From the NCBI RefSeq assembly GCF_009914755.1, contig NC_060927.1: DNA of 64,000 nucleotides, one strand, 5' to 3'. Shown piece by piece: positions 1 through 19,947 of this stretch (positions are counted from its first letter, which is position 1; each line of letters begins with the position of its first letter). The DNA is from the human T2T-CHM13v2.0 reference genome, Homo sapiens. Both the position numbers and the translations under genes were made by a program. Below the pieces are notes generated by a model that saw nothing but the letters and a program-made list of their open reading frames with translations, was not told where the DNA came from and searched no databases.

Positions 1-3419
<3,419 letters not shown>

Positions 3420-3420
3420 T

Positions 3421-3740
3421 GGGGTCATATGACTGGTTGTGCCCAGTGGGATGTGAGTGGAGGGGTTACATGTCACTTCTGAATCATGGTGCTTAATAAG
3501 CTGGCATACTATCCCCATTCTCTCTACTCTATTCCTCCACTAGATATCAAAGTCCAGGGCAACCTTGGGAGCCACATGTCACAGATGGCATAGCCTCTGT
3601 GAGCTGAGGTCCCTGGCTGAGGTCCCGAAATAACCTCGTGGAGCACCCATGTTGGACTGTTACATGAGTGAGAAATAAACTACAGTGATTAAGCCACGTG
3701 ACATTTGAGTTTGTAGGTTACTAATGCTAGTAATATCCTA
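3421..3740 (+). mobile_element. MLT1 (MLT1I/J-like) MaLR LTR fragment
   Basis: GACTGTTACATGAGTGAGAAATAAAC...TTAAGCCAC resembles an MLT1 3' end. Confidence 0.6.
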
Positions 3741-3742
3741 TA

Positions 3743-4256
<514 letters not shown>

Positions 4257-4369
4257 TTAGATAATGCAATAATACTGAAAGAAGTTAAGTGAACAATGCT
4301 TACCAGTCTGATCTGAGGAGTAAGAAAATTTAAAACAAGCTTGAATTTAGAAAACACTTCCTTAAATGC

Positions 4370-4860
4370 CTTTTGTGCCAGGCAATATACTGAGTCCTGG
4401 AGATAGAGTGATCTGCTTCTTGGTGAATTTACCATCTAGTGTAGAAGAAATAAATGGATCAACACATGTATGTCTATAATAAACTGTAAAGTATAATGAA
4501 GGGAAAAGGTAGGGGAAGATGAGACCAAATAACAGGGAACTTCATTTACTATAGGGTAGGGGGTTGCAATGCTCAAGAAAGACTTCTCCGCGAAAGTGTC
4601 ATTTGAGGTAAGATTTGAATGTCTGTAAAAGATAAGGGTTTTATTTTTACTTTTTAGGGAGGGGGGTGTGTTTCAAGGGGAGAGAATGCATGAAGAAATC
4701 AAGAAATTGGAAGAAGGCCAGTTTATCTGGAATAGGGAAGTGAGGGGAATAACGGCAAGCAATGAAATTAGAGAGGTGGAGGGGAGGCAGATAATGCATA
4801 GGATGATAAGCCACGTAAGGATTTGGATTATGATTCCCAGAGCGGTGTGAAATTAGAGTG
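4370..4860 (-). mobile_element. L2 3' fragment
   Basis: TGTGCCAGGC...CTGGAGATAG...ACCATCTAGTG followed by purine-rich L2-like sequence. Confidence 0.55.
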
Positions 4861-5000
4861 TAAAGGAGGGAAAACAGAGTTTGTACTTAGAAACACTTTA
4901 CTTCATTTTCCCCCATTTTAAAATTTAGTCTTTCTTATTAATTTATAAAACCTTTTAAATTAATATAATTTATAATTATAAATTTATAAAAGCTAAATTT

Positions 5001-5296
<296 letters not shown>

Positions 5297-5349
5297 GCCT
5301 AAATTTATTTTAATTTATAAAACCTTTACAATTATAAAATTATAAAACC

Positions 5350-5535
5350 TTTGTATATTTAAAAACAACTAAAAGAATTTAATTGGAATATTTGTAACAT
5401 GAAGAAATGATAAAAATGCTTGAGGTGATGAATGCCTTATTTATGCTGATGTGATTATTCCTCATGTTATGCCTGTAACAAAAGATTTCATGTATACCAT
5501 AACCGGATATACCTACTATGTACCCATAAAAACTA
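5350..5535 (+). mobile_element. L1MA 3'-terminal fragment
   Basis: AATGCTTGAGGTGATG...TATACCTACTATGTACCCATAAAAA. Confidence 0.8.
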
Positions 5536-5782
5536 ATATTTTAATTAATTTTATTATATACTGATGAAATGTATAATTATAAAGGTTTTATGAATTAATA
5601 AAATTAGCCTTTTGTATTTTATATATTTAGCTAATATTTTTTTTCTTGGTCATTTATTTTGAGTTTGTTTGTATTATTTTTTAACACCTGGAAATTTCAA
5701 TTTTTATATACTTAAATTTCTCACTTTTTTACAATTCTGAGTTTTGTGTCATTCTTAAAAAGGTCTTGCTTATCTCAAAGTT

Positions 5783-6000
5783 TTCTTTCTTTTATTTTTT
5801 TTTTTTCTTGAGACAGAGTCTCACCCTGTTGCCCAGGCTGGACTGCAGTGGCGCGATCTCGGCTCACCTCTGCCTCCCGGGTTCAAGCGATTCTCGTGCC
5901 TCAACCTCCCAAGTAGCTGAGACTACAGGTGTCTGCCACCACGCCTGGATAATTTTTGTATTTTTAATAGAGATGGGGTTTCACCTTGTTGTCCAGGCTG
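5783..6000 (-). mobile_element. 5'-truncated AluS/J
   Basis: Poly(T), right arm and linker; stops at CCAGGCTG within the left arm. Confidence 0.9.
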
Positions 6001-7085
6001 TCAAAATTATCTTTTATATGAAGTTCACCTTGGTTTTTCCTAGTACTTTTTACAAAGAACAGGCAATTTGAAAATATAATAAAATACAAATTTTAAGCTG
6101 TTAGACAAAGATCAAAAATTTTGAAAATGCCCTGTGTTAGTTGGGGTGGACAGGAGTTTCTGGTAGGTGCATAAATTGAAACATTAGAATTTGGTAAATG
6201 GACTGTTGGGGTGAAGGCAGTGCACAAGGCAGCTTTAATGTGCCCTCATCAGCCTCCCGTTGGCCTGCATCTGATCCTCAGCTACACCCATGGATAATTT
6301 CTTTTTCAACACATTTATGCAGACACACACAAGAAACCCCATTTATATCCTTCTTTTGTTAATGATTTCAGATGATATTTTAATTTAGTAATGAAGTCAT
6401 ATATTCTATCCATTATTTTGGATACCCAAAGTGCAGTGACAAGGAGTTAAAAGAAGAAAGTTTCTCATTCCTATCTCATTTTTTCCTGATTGAGGAGTAG
6501 AGTCCACTCCCCTGAGCCAGGGGCAGCTTCCATCTTGTTGTCTTGCACACCTCAGTTTCAATGGAGTGTTTGAAAAGTATACATTGACTATTTCTGGGAT
6601 TTTATAAATCAAGAGAACAGAAAATCCAATAAAAATAAAACAGATATCCCCTGATGATAATTGAACCTTGAAGAGAAATAAGATTGAAAAGAAAAAATAA
6701 ACAGAAAAGATGGGGAAATCCCATTAGGGCATTACATTAGTCCCACTTTCCACCCTGACACAAGGCAGGACAGGCTTTGCAGGACTAGAGACCTCTCCCA
6801 GGAGCCAGGCTATCCAGGCTCTGTACTCCCTTTGAAGCAGTTAGCTCTGCTCTGTATTTTCCCTCACACACTGCTGACATGCGCTTTTAAAGACCTCCGT
6901 GTATATGGGAGTAAAAGCCTTACAAGCATAGTAAAATATTGATACTGCTTGTGCCCAGTCCCCCGGGTTTTTCTGTTGATCTATCTTGCTTCTTTTAAGA
7001 ACTGCGAGTTCCTATCCCTGTCCTTTCTCTGTTTTTTTTTTTTTTTTTTTTCCTACACCAAATCTGCCTCTGGTTCAGCCCTTGA

Positions 7086-7473
<388 letters not shown>

Positions 7474-7730
7474 CCCAGTGATATCTATTTGTATTCCATT
7501 CCTCATGGGAATGATATAATAAGGACCTAAGATTCAGACTGTAGCTCTGGAACTTAAAGGTCTCTTCCAGTCCTAAGACTGAATTATTCCAAGCGTTTGA
7601 GAAATGTTCTCTTCTAGAACTAAGTATTATATGAGGATTTTAATTAGTGTGAAATGAAAAGAAAATGTGTTTTCTCAATTTCAACTCCAGTAACATTTTT
7701 CTGAGGACCCATGGTATGAAAGTGACAATA

Positions 7731-8052
<322 letters not shown>

Positions 8053-9172
8053 AAAGTGACAATAGTGGAACTGAAGAAGATACAGACCTTGGTTAGGAAC
8101 TCATAGTTCAATGGGAGAGGCAGAAGCACATCTGAACATTTTTTTTTTTAATCTAAAGTAGAAATGTGAGGAATGGGATAGAGTGACCAAAGAAAGAACT
8201 CTGGAAATATTAGAGAGAATGTAACCATTCAGTTTTCTTAATTGCTTACATCAGAAACTTTCATCAATAAAATGAATAATTTATTGAGGGAAACCCAACA
8301 GTTCTCAGAATTGAAGGAAGGGTTGATAAGAAGATTTTGAAGACAGGTCCAGAAAGGTAACCCTTATGAGCTCCGTGGCCTGAGGTTATGGATCCTGCTA
8401 CTGAAATCACCCAAGACTCTAGAGCTCACATGAGGATGGCCCTCTGTCTGTGAATCAACTCCATATTCTTCACAGAGAGGCTTTTTGCTTGGTTTACGTC
8501 AGATGTCCAATTTTGCACTTGTGTATAGTGGTGAAAGTGAATTTAGGACACATTAGGGGGAAAACTGTGCACGATATTTGATAGTCCCAACAAGACAATT
8601 TGAAAAGAGGGTTTGTTGATAACATAATAAGAAAGAAAGGACACTAGCAAGGCAAAAACTATAGATGTCGTCTTCAGACATCTGCCAAAGGGACCTGGGG
8701 AGGATTTGGAAGAGAAAAGATAAAGTTAGGCCTTGATCAATGGATAGGACTTTTTAAAAAGTAGATTTAGGGGACTAGGAGAAAGAAGCCATTCCAATCA
8801 GAGAGAACAACTTGAGCAGAGACATGGAAAAAGGAACAGTGTGAGTACAACTTAACGATCTGAGAGTTGGGAGAAGTCTAATAGGATTAGAGTGTGAGAA
8901 CACGAAGTGAGAAAAATGGGAAGAATGACTAAAAAGACATAGAATCAGAGTTCTAACTCACTGTAGAGGGTTACAACATGATTGCATGAAACAGTGAATG
9001 TGAAAGTGTTTTGTAAATTATAAAGTGTTTTGAAAACTACCAAATTTTCATATCCATAAATTGTTTTTTTAATAAAAGTGTTTCTTAGTAAATTGAGTTT
9101 TTTACATTAGCATTCTCTGTAACCATTCATCATATGCAAAATGAAGAATGTAAGCAGAAAATCTGGCCATAA

Positions 9173-9544
<372 letters not shown>

Positions 9545-9619
9545 TAAAAGACAATTTTTAATAAATCAACCAATTTCCAGGAATAATAGCCGCTTTTATT
9601 TATGTTTTTTAAACATCTA

Positions 9620-9814
9620 CTAATGTGGAGGTAATTTGCAAACATATGGCCTCAGTAACATTCACTGACTGTTAAGTAGGAACTATTATCCCCATTTTTG
9701 ATAGGAGGAAACTAGGGCTTAGGAAACAGAGATCCCTTTTCCAGGTCATATGGCTAGAAAGTGTCAGAGCCAGGATTCATCATGGGATCTACCTGTTTCT
9801 AAATCCAGTGCTTC
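9620..9814 (-). mobile_element. MIR
   Basis: ATTATCCCCATTTT...GAGGAAACT core; GAGCCAGGATTC. Confidence 0.75.
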
Positions 9815-9937
9815 TTTTGTAGAGACCAGATTTTGCTCTGTTGCCCAGGCTGGTCTTGAACTCCTGAGCTAAAGGGATCTGCCCACCTCAGCCTCCCAAA
9901 GTACTGTCATTACAAGTGTGAGCCACTGTGCCCGGTC
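9815..9937 (-). mobile_element. FLAM_C free left Alu monomer
   Basis: Single monomer with TSD CCAGTGCTTCTT. Confidence 0.85.
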
Positions 9938-10435
9938 TGAAACCAGTGCTTCTTATTGGGTCCCAAATTACCACTACTTCCTCTACTCAATATGCCGCTA
10001 AGTCCCATCTTTACTCTCTGAAGCCACAGGAAGAATGTCAAGGCATTTACAAGGCAGGAACATGTAGCGTCTCTGGTGTGGACTGAATTGGTTAGAAGTG
10101 ACATGGCTGAGAGATTTTGAACATTTAGAAGAAGAGAGTACGTAGTTATTGAGTGCCAACTTGGGGCCCAGTGCCATGCAAAAAATATTTCTATATTATT
10201 ATAGAAATTATTCTGCCCATGTTGCAGATAAGAAACCCTAGCTTAAAGTATGTTAATTGTTCACAGTAAGTGACAGATCCAGTTGGTATTCTGTTACTCA
10301 TTCAAAATATTTACTGAGCACTCTGGGATCTTGGGATATGTATGTGAACCAAGCAGACAAAGATGCTCCATAGAGCTTGCATTACAGTGTGGAGAGTAGG
10401 GTCGTATGCAAAAAGCTTAATTAGAAATCACACGG

Positions 10436-10705
10436 GGCCGGATGTGGTGGCTCACACATGTAATCCCAGCACCGTGGGAGGGCGAGGCAGGATGATTGCT
10501 TGAGCTCAGGAGTTTGAGATCAGCCTGGGCACATGGAGAAAATTAGCCGGGCCTGTAGGCATGCACCGTAGTCTCAGCTACTCGGGAGGCTGAGGCATGA
10601 GAATTGCTTGAACCTGGGAGGGAGGCGGAGGTTATGGTGAGGCGAGATGGTGCTACTGTACTCCAGCCTGTGCAATGGAGCAAGACTCTGTTTAAAAAAA
10701 AAAAA
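10436..10705 (+). mobile_element. AluJ with most of the central linker deleted, within an L2 (-) fragment
   Basis: ACATGGAGAAA joined directly to TTAGCCGGGC; TSD AAATCACACGG/AAATTACATGG. Confidence 0.88.
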
Positions 10706-10800
10706 ATTACATGGTCAGTTAAAAAGTCATAAGTGTTATGTAGAAAAAGAAATTAGAACAAGATAAAAGGAGGAGAGGGAACGGGAGCAAGAAGGGATAG

Positions 10801-11140
<340 letters not shown>

Positions 11141-13324
11141 TGAAATTGCATTTAAAATAGGGTGACTTTATCACAATATCCAGAGGGCTAGAAGTCGATT
11201 TGTCAAGATATAATCTAGACTTTGCTTATAGGATCGCCAGATTTAAGGTCTTCCTTAGTTTTTAGTTGCATCCAGTAAACTGATGGAATTGGAGAGTCTT
11301 TTCTGTAGATGGTACCCTACATGCTTGGGAATTTTAAGGAACTAAAGACCCCACCTCCACCTCACTTTCAGCATTGCTCTCCACCACACTGATCTTGAAG
11401 ATTTCCTGGAATTCCTCCTTTAATTCAACAAGTAACATTGTGACAGGCCATTTGATGAATTGGAAAAAGCACTCGCCTAGGGGTTCGGAAAACCTGGGGT
11501 CTAATGCCAGGTTTGTCGTTAATTAAAATCTGACCTTGAAAATGTCTACTCTGGGCTTATTTCCCCAATTGGCAAAAGGACAATTCCAACTTTAACACCT
11601 TGTGGCTATGAAGTCCTGCTGAAAAATTTTTAGTATGCCCCAGTTAAAATCGTTTTGGCAGAGATTGGAGTCCAATGGGAGAAATTTATCTTTTCAGATT
11701 TTCTGACAAAATTTCAGCGTCAAACTTCTCTTTCAAAATCACCTAGAAATGTCAGCTGGCCCAGATCACTGCCTTGCCTTCTTTTGGGCGGATGTTAGAA
11801 GCAAGTGCTTGGCCACGGACTGAGCAGCTTAACAGGACTTCCTGTTCATTTCCAAGGGTAGCTCAAGGTGTTGGAATGACTCTGCAAAGCCCCATATGGC
11901 TTGGGACCCAGTTACCTTAGCAATTGGTTCTCTCCCCATGCAGTGTCAATTAACAGGCAATTAAAACTCTCCACCGCTCCAGCTAATAGTCCCCAGATTG
12001 TAGTACCAGGAAATGAGAGGCAGGAGGTTTTCATTGTTTTTTTTCTTCTCCTTTATTTTAAAACTATTTTATTTTTATAAATTATAACATGCCCTTGGAT
12101 CTGAAACCTGTCATATTTAAGATTCTTCTTTCTCTTAACTTGTCATTTGGTTTGTACATTTATTGTATTATTTATTGGTTCAAAAATCCTTTAGTGCTTC
12201 TAATTATTCATGGAAACAAATCTGAAATGTTCTGCTTACCTCTCTCTAAACTTTTGATAATATAGTTCTACTCCTACTATCCAATTATATTTCCCACACA
12301 TCCTTTCAAACACTCATTATTTGCTTCCTTTCTACGTAAAGGTCTTTTCCTTTGTCCACCATCAAAATTTGCCCATTCTGCAAAGCCTAGCTTAGAGTAC
12401 ATATGATCACACCAGTTCTCTATTTTGAATTTTCTTCTGAGTTTCAGGTGTAACTAGAATTAGAATAATTTTATTTCCTCCTTCTTCATGCTAATTAGCC
12501 TTATCAAATTTTCTCATTTTCTCTCCACAAATAGATTAAGACTTAGTGAGGGTGAGAACCATGCTTTATATTTTTCTTTGCATCCTCAAACCTTACCTAG
12601 CACAGAGCTACCCATTACTGAAGGCCACCTAATAGTGAGTTTAGAAATTGGTGCAGTTATATGCAATTTGACAAAATTGGACATTTGAACAACTTGGACA
12701 GTAAGCTTAGAATCTCGCAATATTAGAAGTTCAAAGCATTAGGGACCTCAGGGATTAATATACTAAATTCTCCCTTTTATAGACAAAAACAGCCAAGAGC
12801 TAAATGGAAGTAGTAAATTGGCCAAAGTTAAACTGTAAGTAAATGAAAAGCTTGGATCTAATCTCATGTCTTTTGACTCAAAATCCATGCCCTTTTTCCT
12901 TCTCCAGTAGTTTGAAACTTTTCCCTCATTATGACATATTTGATAGATGATGTTCCCTTGAATGAGGCTCTCCCATGGGCGTAGGTGGGGCTTGCCCATT
13001 GCTGGAGAGAACAGTGTGGCGTCTTCTCTATATCTCCCACTCAGTACGATGTCATGATGTATGAAAGTCACACTAATGTAAGTATCACCTTGCTTCTTTA
13101 ATTTTTTAAAAGTTGCAAATGTCAATACCTTAAATATTACTAATATCAATATGATCCAGCAATCCCACTACTCCGTATATGTCCAAAGGAAATGAAATCA
13201 GTATGTTGAAGGGATATCTACCCTCCCATGTTCATTGCAGCATTATTCACAATAGCCAAGACATGGAATCAACCTAAATGTCTGTCTGTCAATGGATGGA
13301 CGGATAAAGAAAATCAAAGTAGGG

Positions 13325-13821
<497 letters not shown>

Positions 13822-14953
13822 GTGAGGGCATATACACACATGGCATATTTTTCAGCCATAAGAAAAGAAGGGAATCCTGTCATTTGCAACAACATGGATG
13901 AACCTAAAGAACATTATGTTAAGTGAAATAAGCCAAATACGGAGAGACAAATCTTGCATAATCTCACATGTGGAATCTAAAGAAGTTAAACTCACAGAAG
14001 TTGAGAGTAGAATTGTGGTTACCAGGGGTCGGTGGGGGAAGATGGGACATGTCTGGGAAGATGTGGTCAAAGGGTGAAAAATTTCAGTTAGATAGGAGGA
14101 ATAAATTCAAGAGATCTATTGTACAACATGGTGAATATAGTTAATAACCATGTATGGTGGTCTTGAAAATTGCCAAGAGAGTAGATTATAAGTGTTCTCA
14201 CCACAAAAAATTGACAAGTATGTGAGATAACGTACATGTTAATTAGCTTGATTTCACCAATTCACAATGTTTACATATTTCAAAACATCGTGCTGTACAT
14301 GGTAAATATATATAACTTTTTGTCAATTAAAAATAAATTAAAAATTAAAGTTAAAAATATATTATTAGTGCCAAGTGAGTTATAAAAATCCGTTGTTCTG
14401 TATATGCTGCTATATCTAAAACTGGCATCCTTTGACCACCATTTGGTAATATAATCAATGAGTACACGTTGTTAAAAGTTCACTTTGTGTTGTCAGATAG
14501 GTGGAGTGTCAAGATGGCTAAGGTCAGGCCAAGCCTGGTGCTTTCAGAGAATTTTTAAGGCACAGAGCAACACAGAAAGTTGGAAATGTAGGGACATGTA
14601 AGACGTGGCAGCAAAGGGGAGTGCAGGGGATGGGATGACACTGCAGGGCTGTGGGGGAGGATCCAGCTGCAGGATGGTCACGGTAACAGTAGACAAATGA
14701 ACTCTGAAGTAGATGGAAGGGGAAGCCAAAGGCAATTCAGCATCATGTTGCAGAGATACATAGACACTTTTGGGATATAAATTAGTAATCACATTTGGTT
14801 AGGAAATGGCTAGAAAGGCAGAAAACAACATCACTATGAAAGTAGTAAGATTGAAAGGCTGAGTGTGAAGGAGGAAGGAAAGATGGCTGGAGGGAAAAAG
14901 AGCAAGAGAAGGAGGGAAGGCAATTTTTTTAGAGTGTAAGATGAGCTAGTTGG

Positions 14954-15258
14954 GGCTGGGTGAGTTGGCTCACGCCTATAATCCCAGCACTTTGGGAAGC
15001 TGAGGCAGGAGGATTGCTTGAGCCCAGGAGTTCGAGAACAGTCTGGGCAACATGGCAAGAACCTGTCCCTATAAAAATTTTAAAAATTAGCTGGCCATGG
15101 TGGTAGTTCCAGCTCCTCAGGAGACTGAGGTGGGAGGATCACTTGAGCCTGAGAGTTCGAGGCTGCAGTGAGCCTTGATCACACCACTGCACTCCAGACT
15201 GGGTGACAGAGTGAGACCCTGTCTCAACCAGCCAACCAATCAATCAACCAATTAATCA
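14954..15258 (+). mobile_element. AluJo with (AACC/AATC)n tail
   Basis: GGATTGCTTGAGCCCAGG and GAGGCTGCAGTG; TSD AAGATGAGCTAGTT/AAGATGATCCAGTT. Confidence 0.9.
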
Positions 15259-15644
15259 ATAAGATGATCCAGTTTCTGTATTAGGCATTTTCACATATCT
15301 TCTCTCATTAATGAGGGGGAAGGAGACAATATAGGAATAGGGGAACAGAAAAAACAAAAAGGGTTCCCCAAGAATTCCCACTGGTCGCTCAAGGGTGGAT
15401 GTTGCGGCTGTCGTGTGTAGGTTTGTGACTGTGACACAGACTTCCTGTTGTTTCACCATCTCAGATGGATGACTGCAGCTTTTTCCAAGATTTTTGTTCT
15501 ACCTACCCTAGTAAAAACCAGATTCTACAGACTAATGACCTAACTCTACATATTATGAAATTTCAAAGGCTGCTTATGTATCACTCAGCAAAGCAAAATA
15601 AGTATCTCAAGAGTAAAATATATCTTAAGGGTTTCAAATGATTT

Positions 15645-15830
15645 TGTGCCTCAGTTTCATCATCTGTAAAGGGAACAATAATAATTTTGATATAAATATA
15701 TTATTAGGGATAATGATAGTACTTACATAGCAGGATAGTACTACTTACGAGTAGTAAGTAGGTTAATATTTATAAAGTGCCTAGAATAGTGCTTGACACA
15801 CAGTGCTATATAGATTAAATCAATAAAAAT
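15645..15830 (+). mobile_element. MIR
   Basis: GTGCCTCAGTTTCATCATCTGTAAA core; AAAGTGCCTAGAATAGTGC 3' end. Confidence 0.75.
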
Positions 15831-16076
15831 AAAATAGCAGTAGATTCATAGATTGGCAGCCATGGAAGAGAATGTAGGGACCATGATCCAAAGCATTTCT
15901 TTTAGGAGATGCAAATGGTTCCAAAGAAGGACAATTATTTACCTGCAGTCTTCACAATTGATTAAGTTGGTGGCAGAGGGAGTAGGAAAACTCCCGATTT
16001 CTAATCAAGTGTCGTTTTTAACCAAGAAACACATGACAGGCAGAAACATAATACAGATTTGACAAATCCTGACTTT

Positions 16077-16140
16077 TTTTTTTTTTTTTTTTTTTTGAGA
16101 CGGAGTCTTGCTCTGTCACCCAGGCTGGAGTGCAGTGGCG
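16077..16140 (-). mobile_element. Extremely 5'-truncated Alu (about 44 nt plus poly(A))
   Basis: Perfect 16-bp TSD GACAAATCCTGACTTT at 16061-16076 and 16140-16155. Confidence 0.95.
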
Positions 16141-16234
16141 ACAAATCCTGACTTTACTATTTAACTAGATTATCAGCTCATGAAGGGCTGTGTCTTTTCT
16201 ATCTCTTTATTCACAGTGATCATCTGAATGTCCG

Positions 16235-16767
16235 TGAGATGAGTTTGGCAGGACTGATTTCAAAAGGTACAGGTCACAGAGACCCAGCTGATAAAATAGG
16301 ATGTGGTAAAGAAGCAAGGCAAAACCCACCAAACCCCAGACGACAATAAAAGTGACCTCTGATCGTCCTCACCGCTCGTTATATGCTAATTATAATTAAT
16401 TAGCATGCTAAAAGACACTCCTACAACACCATGACGGGTTACAGATACCATGACAATTGCTAGACGTTACCTTATATAGTCTAAAAAGGGAGGAACTCTT
16501 GGTTTTGAGAATTCTCTGCCCTTTTCCTGGAAAATTCATGAATAATCCATCCCTTGTTTAGCATATAATCAAGAAATAACCATAAAAATAACCAACCAGC
16601 AGTCCTTGGTGCTGCTCTGCCTGTGAAGTAGCCACCATTTTATTCCTCTACTTTCTTAATACACTTGCTTTCACTTTTCTCTGCTGGCTTGGCGTGCAAA
16701 GCCAAAAAGCCAAGAACCCAAGTGGCCTCCTGGGCTGAACCCCAGTTCTGGAATTTGCCCTGCGACA
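16235..16767 (+). mobile_element. MER41 solo LTR (MER41C-like, ERV1)
   Basis: TACAGGTCACA...GTGACCTCTGATCGTCCTCAC...ATTAGCATGCTAAAAGACACTCC...CATGAATAATCCA; TG...CA termini. Confidence 0.88.
16524..16532. promoter_or_regulatory. GAS (STAT1) motif TTCCTGGAA in MER41
   Basis: Matches TTCN3GAA at the position of the second MER41 GAS; the first copy is degenerate (TTTTGAGAA, 16503-16511). Confidence 0.5.
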
Positions 16768-18163
16768 CCCATATACGATGGTGTTCTATAAATGTTCACT
16801 TAACAAACTCTGGGTAATTTGATAAATTAATTCACATTTAAAGCACTAAAAGCTAATGGAGGCCTAGAATTGATGAAGTAGAAATGTTTGGAGTAAAGGA
16901 TAAACTTTTTAGGTATAGCGATGTTTTCTAGCTTCTTTTAAAATCTTGTATGTAAAATCCACAGTCCAGTGTCTAATACATAATGACACTCAGTAAATGC
17001 TAGCTATTATTTTTAGGGAGTTGCCCCTTAGGCCAATACATGATGGTATATAACTTGGCCACCAGCACAGAGGTACTGCCAGGTCTGATTTCCATTCTTT
17101 ACAGAGTGTTGGCAGGTAGCAGTTTTGGGAAATGTCTGACGTGGCAGAAAGGGATTGCCAGTAGGCAGTAAGCTGTTGCCCAGATGTTGGTCTCTGTTCT
17201 ATTTAACAGTAATTGATTATTTTCAATATCCACTAAAAGTCATCAGTCTTGCAGGATTTTCTCAATTCTTATGGTCCTCTCTTCCTTCTTGAAAGTTTTA
17301 AGATGTTTGTTTCCTGTCAGTGCTATTTTTATTCAATTAGATCCTGTTGGGGATTTTCCTGTTTATTTTTCTTCCTGTTTCTCAAAATGGGAATTAAAGA
17401 TGACCAATCATAAGAACTTTGTAATGACCTTTACAACATCGTTATTAAATCTTTAAAAGCTCCCCCTTCACTAATCCCTTATCACATAACATTCAGGAAG
17501 CAAATGAGTCAAAACTGAAAACGACTCTGAAGCTTCAGGGCTGCCACGAAAACTCACTCTTTCTTGGTCTGAATCCTTTATCCCTGTTATTTCCTTCACA
17601 GGGAGCACTTTTTTCTTGTTTCAGTCATTCAACTGTTTGACATACATCTCATCCTCTCCCCTGGGTAGCAAATGAATCCATTTTCTAGCTGTTTAATTTT
17701 AGGCAATTTTTTACCCTCTCTGAGCCTTGGTTGTCTGTTGTGCATGCAGGAAGTGTTCAATGGTGAGGAAATTAGGAGAAAAGGGGAGAATTGAAGGAAC
17801 AAGGAAGGCCAGAAGGCCGAGAAGTTATCAGCACTGGTGGCTATATTGGAGAATATACAGTAGAATATTGATGATGGCCAAGGCATTGCAACCATGTAGA
17901 CCTCGACTGGAAACTCGCTCTTCCACTTACCACATCTCAGGCAAACAACTTAACTTATAACTATTCCCAATCATAACTCTTAATTTCAACATCTCATAGG
18001 TAATTCCTCCTCCATTCTTGTTATGTTTTTGCTCCCCTCACCCCCATATCTGAATCACTCTTTCATCATATTTTGGTCATTACCAATAACTGCAATCTCT
18101 CTGTCTTCTCTATTTCAAGCATTTCACTCTCTAATTCAATTTTACAGATTCACAGGCCACTCC

Positions 18164-18465
<302 letters not shown>

Positions 18466-19533
18466 CGGCCACTCTTTCTTATACCTCCTCTCTAACAATC
18501 TTTCAGCCCCATTAAGATCAACCATCATTGAGCCTCCACTTTTCTGCTCTTTTTGTACCCCCTTATGTTCTCTCCTCCCACCTTATTCAGCTTAGCTTCC
18601 AGAGTAGTCCATTATTATAATCATCACCTTGCCAATACCTTCAGTTCTGTTCCCCTCTCTCTTTTGATCAAACTTGCCTGGCAATACCTTAAATCTGGTT
18701 AAATCCAATACTCCATGTACTTTGTGACTGCACACATGCAGCTAAATGTAGCTGGAAAATAGCAACTAAGCCTGCTGCCTGGCATCACTGTATTATTTAT
18801 TTTTAATAATTTCAACTTTCAGATTCAGGGAGTACACATGCAGGTTTGTTACAGGGGTATATTGCATGATGCTGAGCTTTGGGGTACGACTGATCCTGCC
18901 ACCCAGATACTGAGCATAATATCCGGCAGTTAATTTTTCAATCCTTGCTCCCATCCCTCTGTTCCCCTCTGTTCTAGCAGTCTCCAGTGTCTATTGTTGC
19001 CATCTTTATGTCCATAAGTATCCAATGTTTAGCTGCCATTTATAAATGGGGACATGCAGTATTTGGTTTTCTGTTTCTGGGTGAATTTACTTAGGATAAT
19101 GGCCTCCAGCTGCATCCATGCTGCTGGAAGGGACATGATTTTGTTCTTTTTAAGGCTGCATAGTATTCCATGGTGTATATGTACCACATTTTATTTATTC
19201 AATCCACTGTCGACAGGCACCTAAGTTGATGCCATGTCTTTGCTATTGTTAGTAGTACTGCGATGAATATGTGAGTGCATGTGTCTTTTTGGCAGAATGA
19301 TTTCTTTTTCTTTTTCCTAGTAATGGGATTGCTAGGTCAAATGGTAGTACTGTTTTCAGTGCTTTGAAAATTTCCAATCTGCTTTCCATAGTGGCTGAAC
19401 TAATTTACATTCTTACCAACAATGTAGAAGCATTCCCTTTGCTCTGTGGCCTTACCTGACATATGTAGTTTTTTTACTTTTTGATAATAGACATTCTGAC
19501 TCACGGTGTGAGATGATATTTCACTGTGGTTTT

Positions 19534-19947
19534 TGTCAGGCTTCTGAGCCCAAGCTAAGCCATCATATCCCCTGTGACCTGCATGTACACATCCAGATGG
19601 CCAGTTCCTGCCTTAACTGATGACATTCCACCACAAAAGAAGTGAAAATGGCCTGTTCCTGCCTTAACTGATGACATTGTCTTGTGAAATTCCTTCTCCT
19701 GGCTCATCCTGGCTCAAAAGCTCCCCTACTGAGCACCTTGTGACCCCCCCACTCTGCCCGCCAGAGAACAACCCCCCTTTGACTGTAATTTTCCTTTATC
19801 TACCCAAATCCTGTAAAAATGGCCCCACTCTTATCTCCCTTCACTGACTCTCTTTTCAGACTCAGCCTGCCTGCACCTGGGTGATTAAAAGGTTTGTTGC
19901 TCACACAAAGCCTGTTTGGTGGTCTCTTCACACGGACATGCATGAAA
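19534..19947 (+). promoter_or_regulatory. 5' LTR7 (414 bp)
   Basis: TGTCAGG...CATGAAA; ACAAAAGA at 19633-19640; TATA box mutated to TGTAAAA at 19812-19818. Confidence 0.97.

Noticed and set aside
5350-5535. Similarity to 3230-3410 and 37006-37140 as local segmental duplication
   Set aside because: All three are independently diverged L1MA 3' ends with unrelated flanks.
13045-13077. Plus-strand 33-nt exon-like segment (YDVMMYESHTN) with a good acceptor and GTAAGT
   Set aside because: Isolated, with no partner exons or recognisable peptide. It shows how easily pseudo-exons arise.
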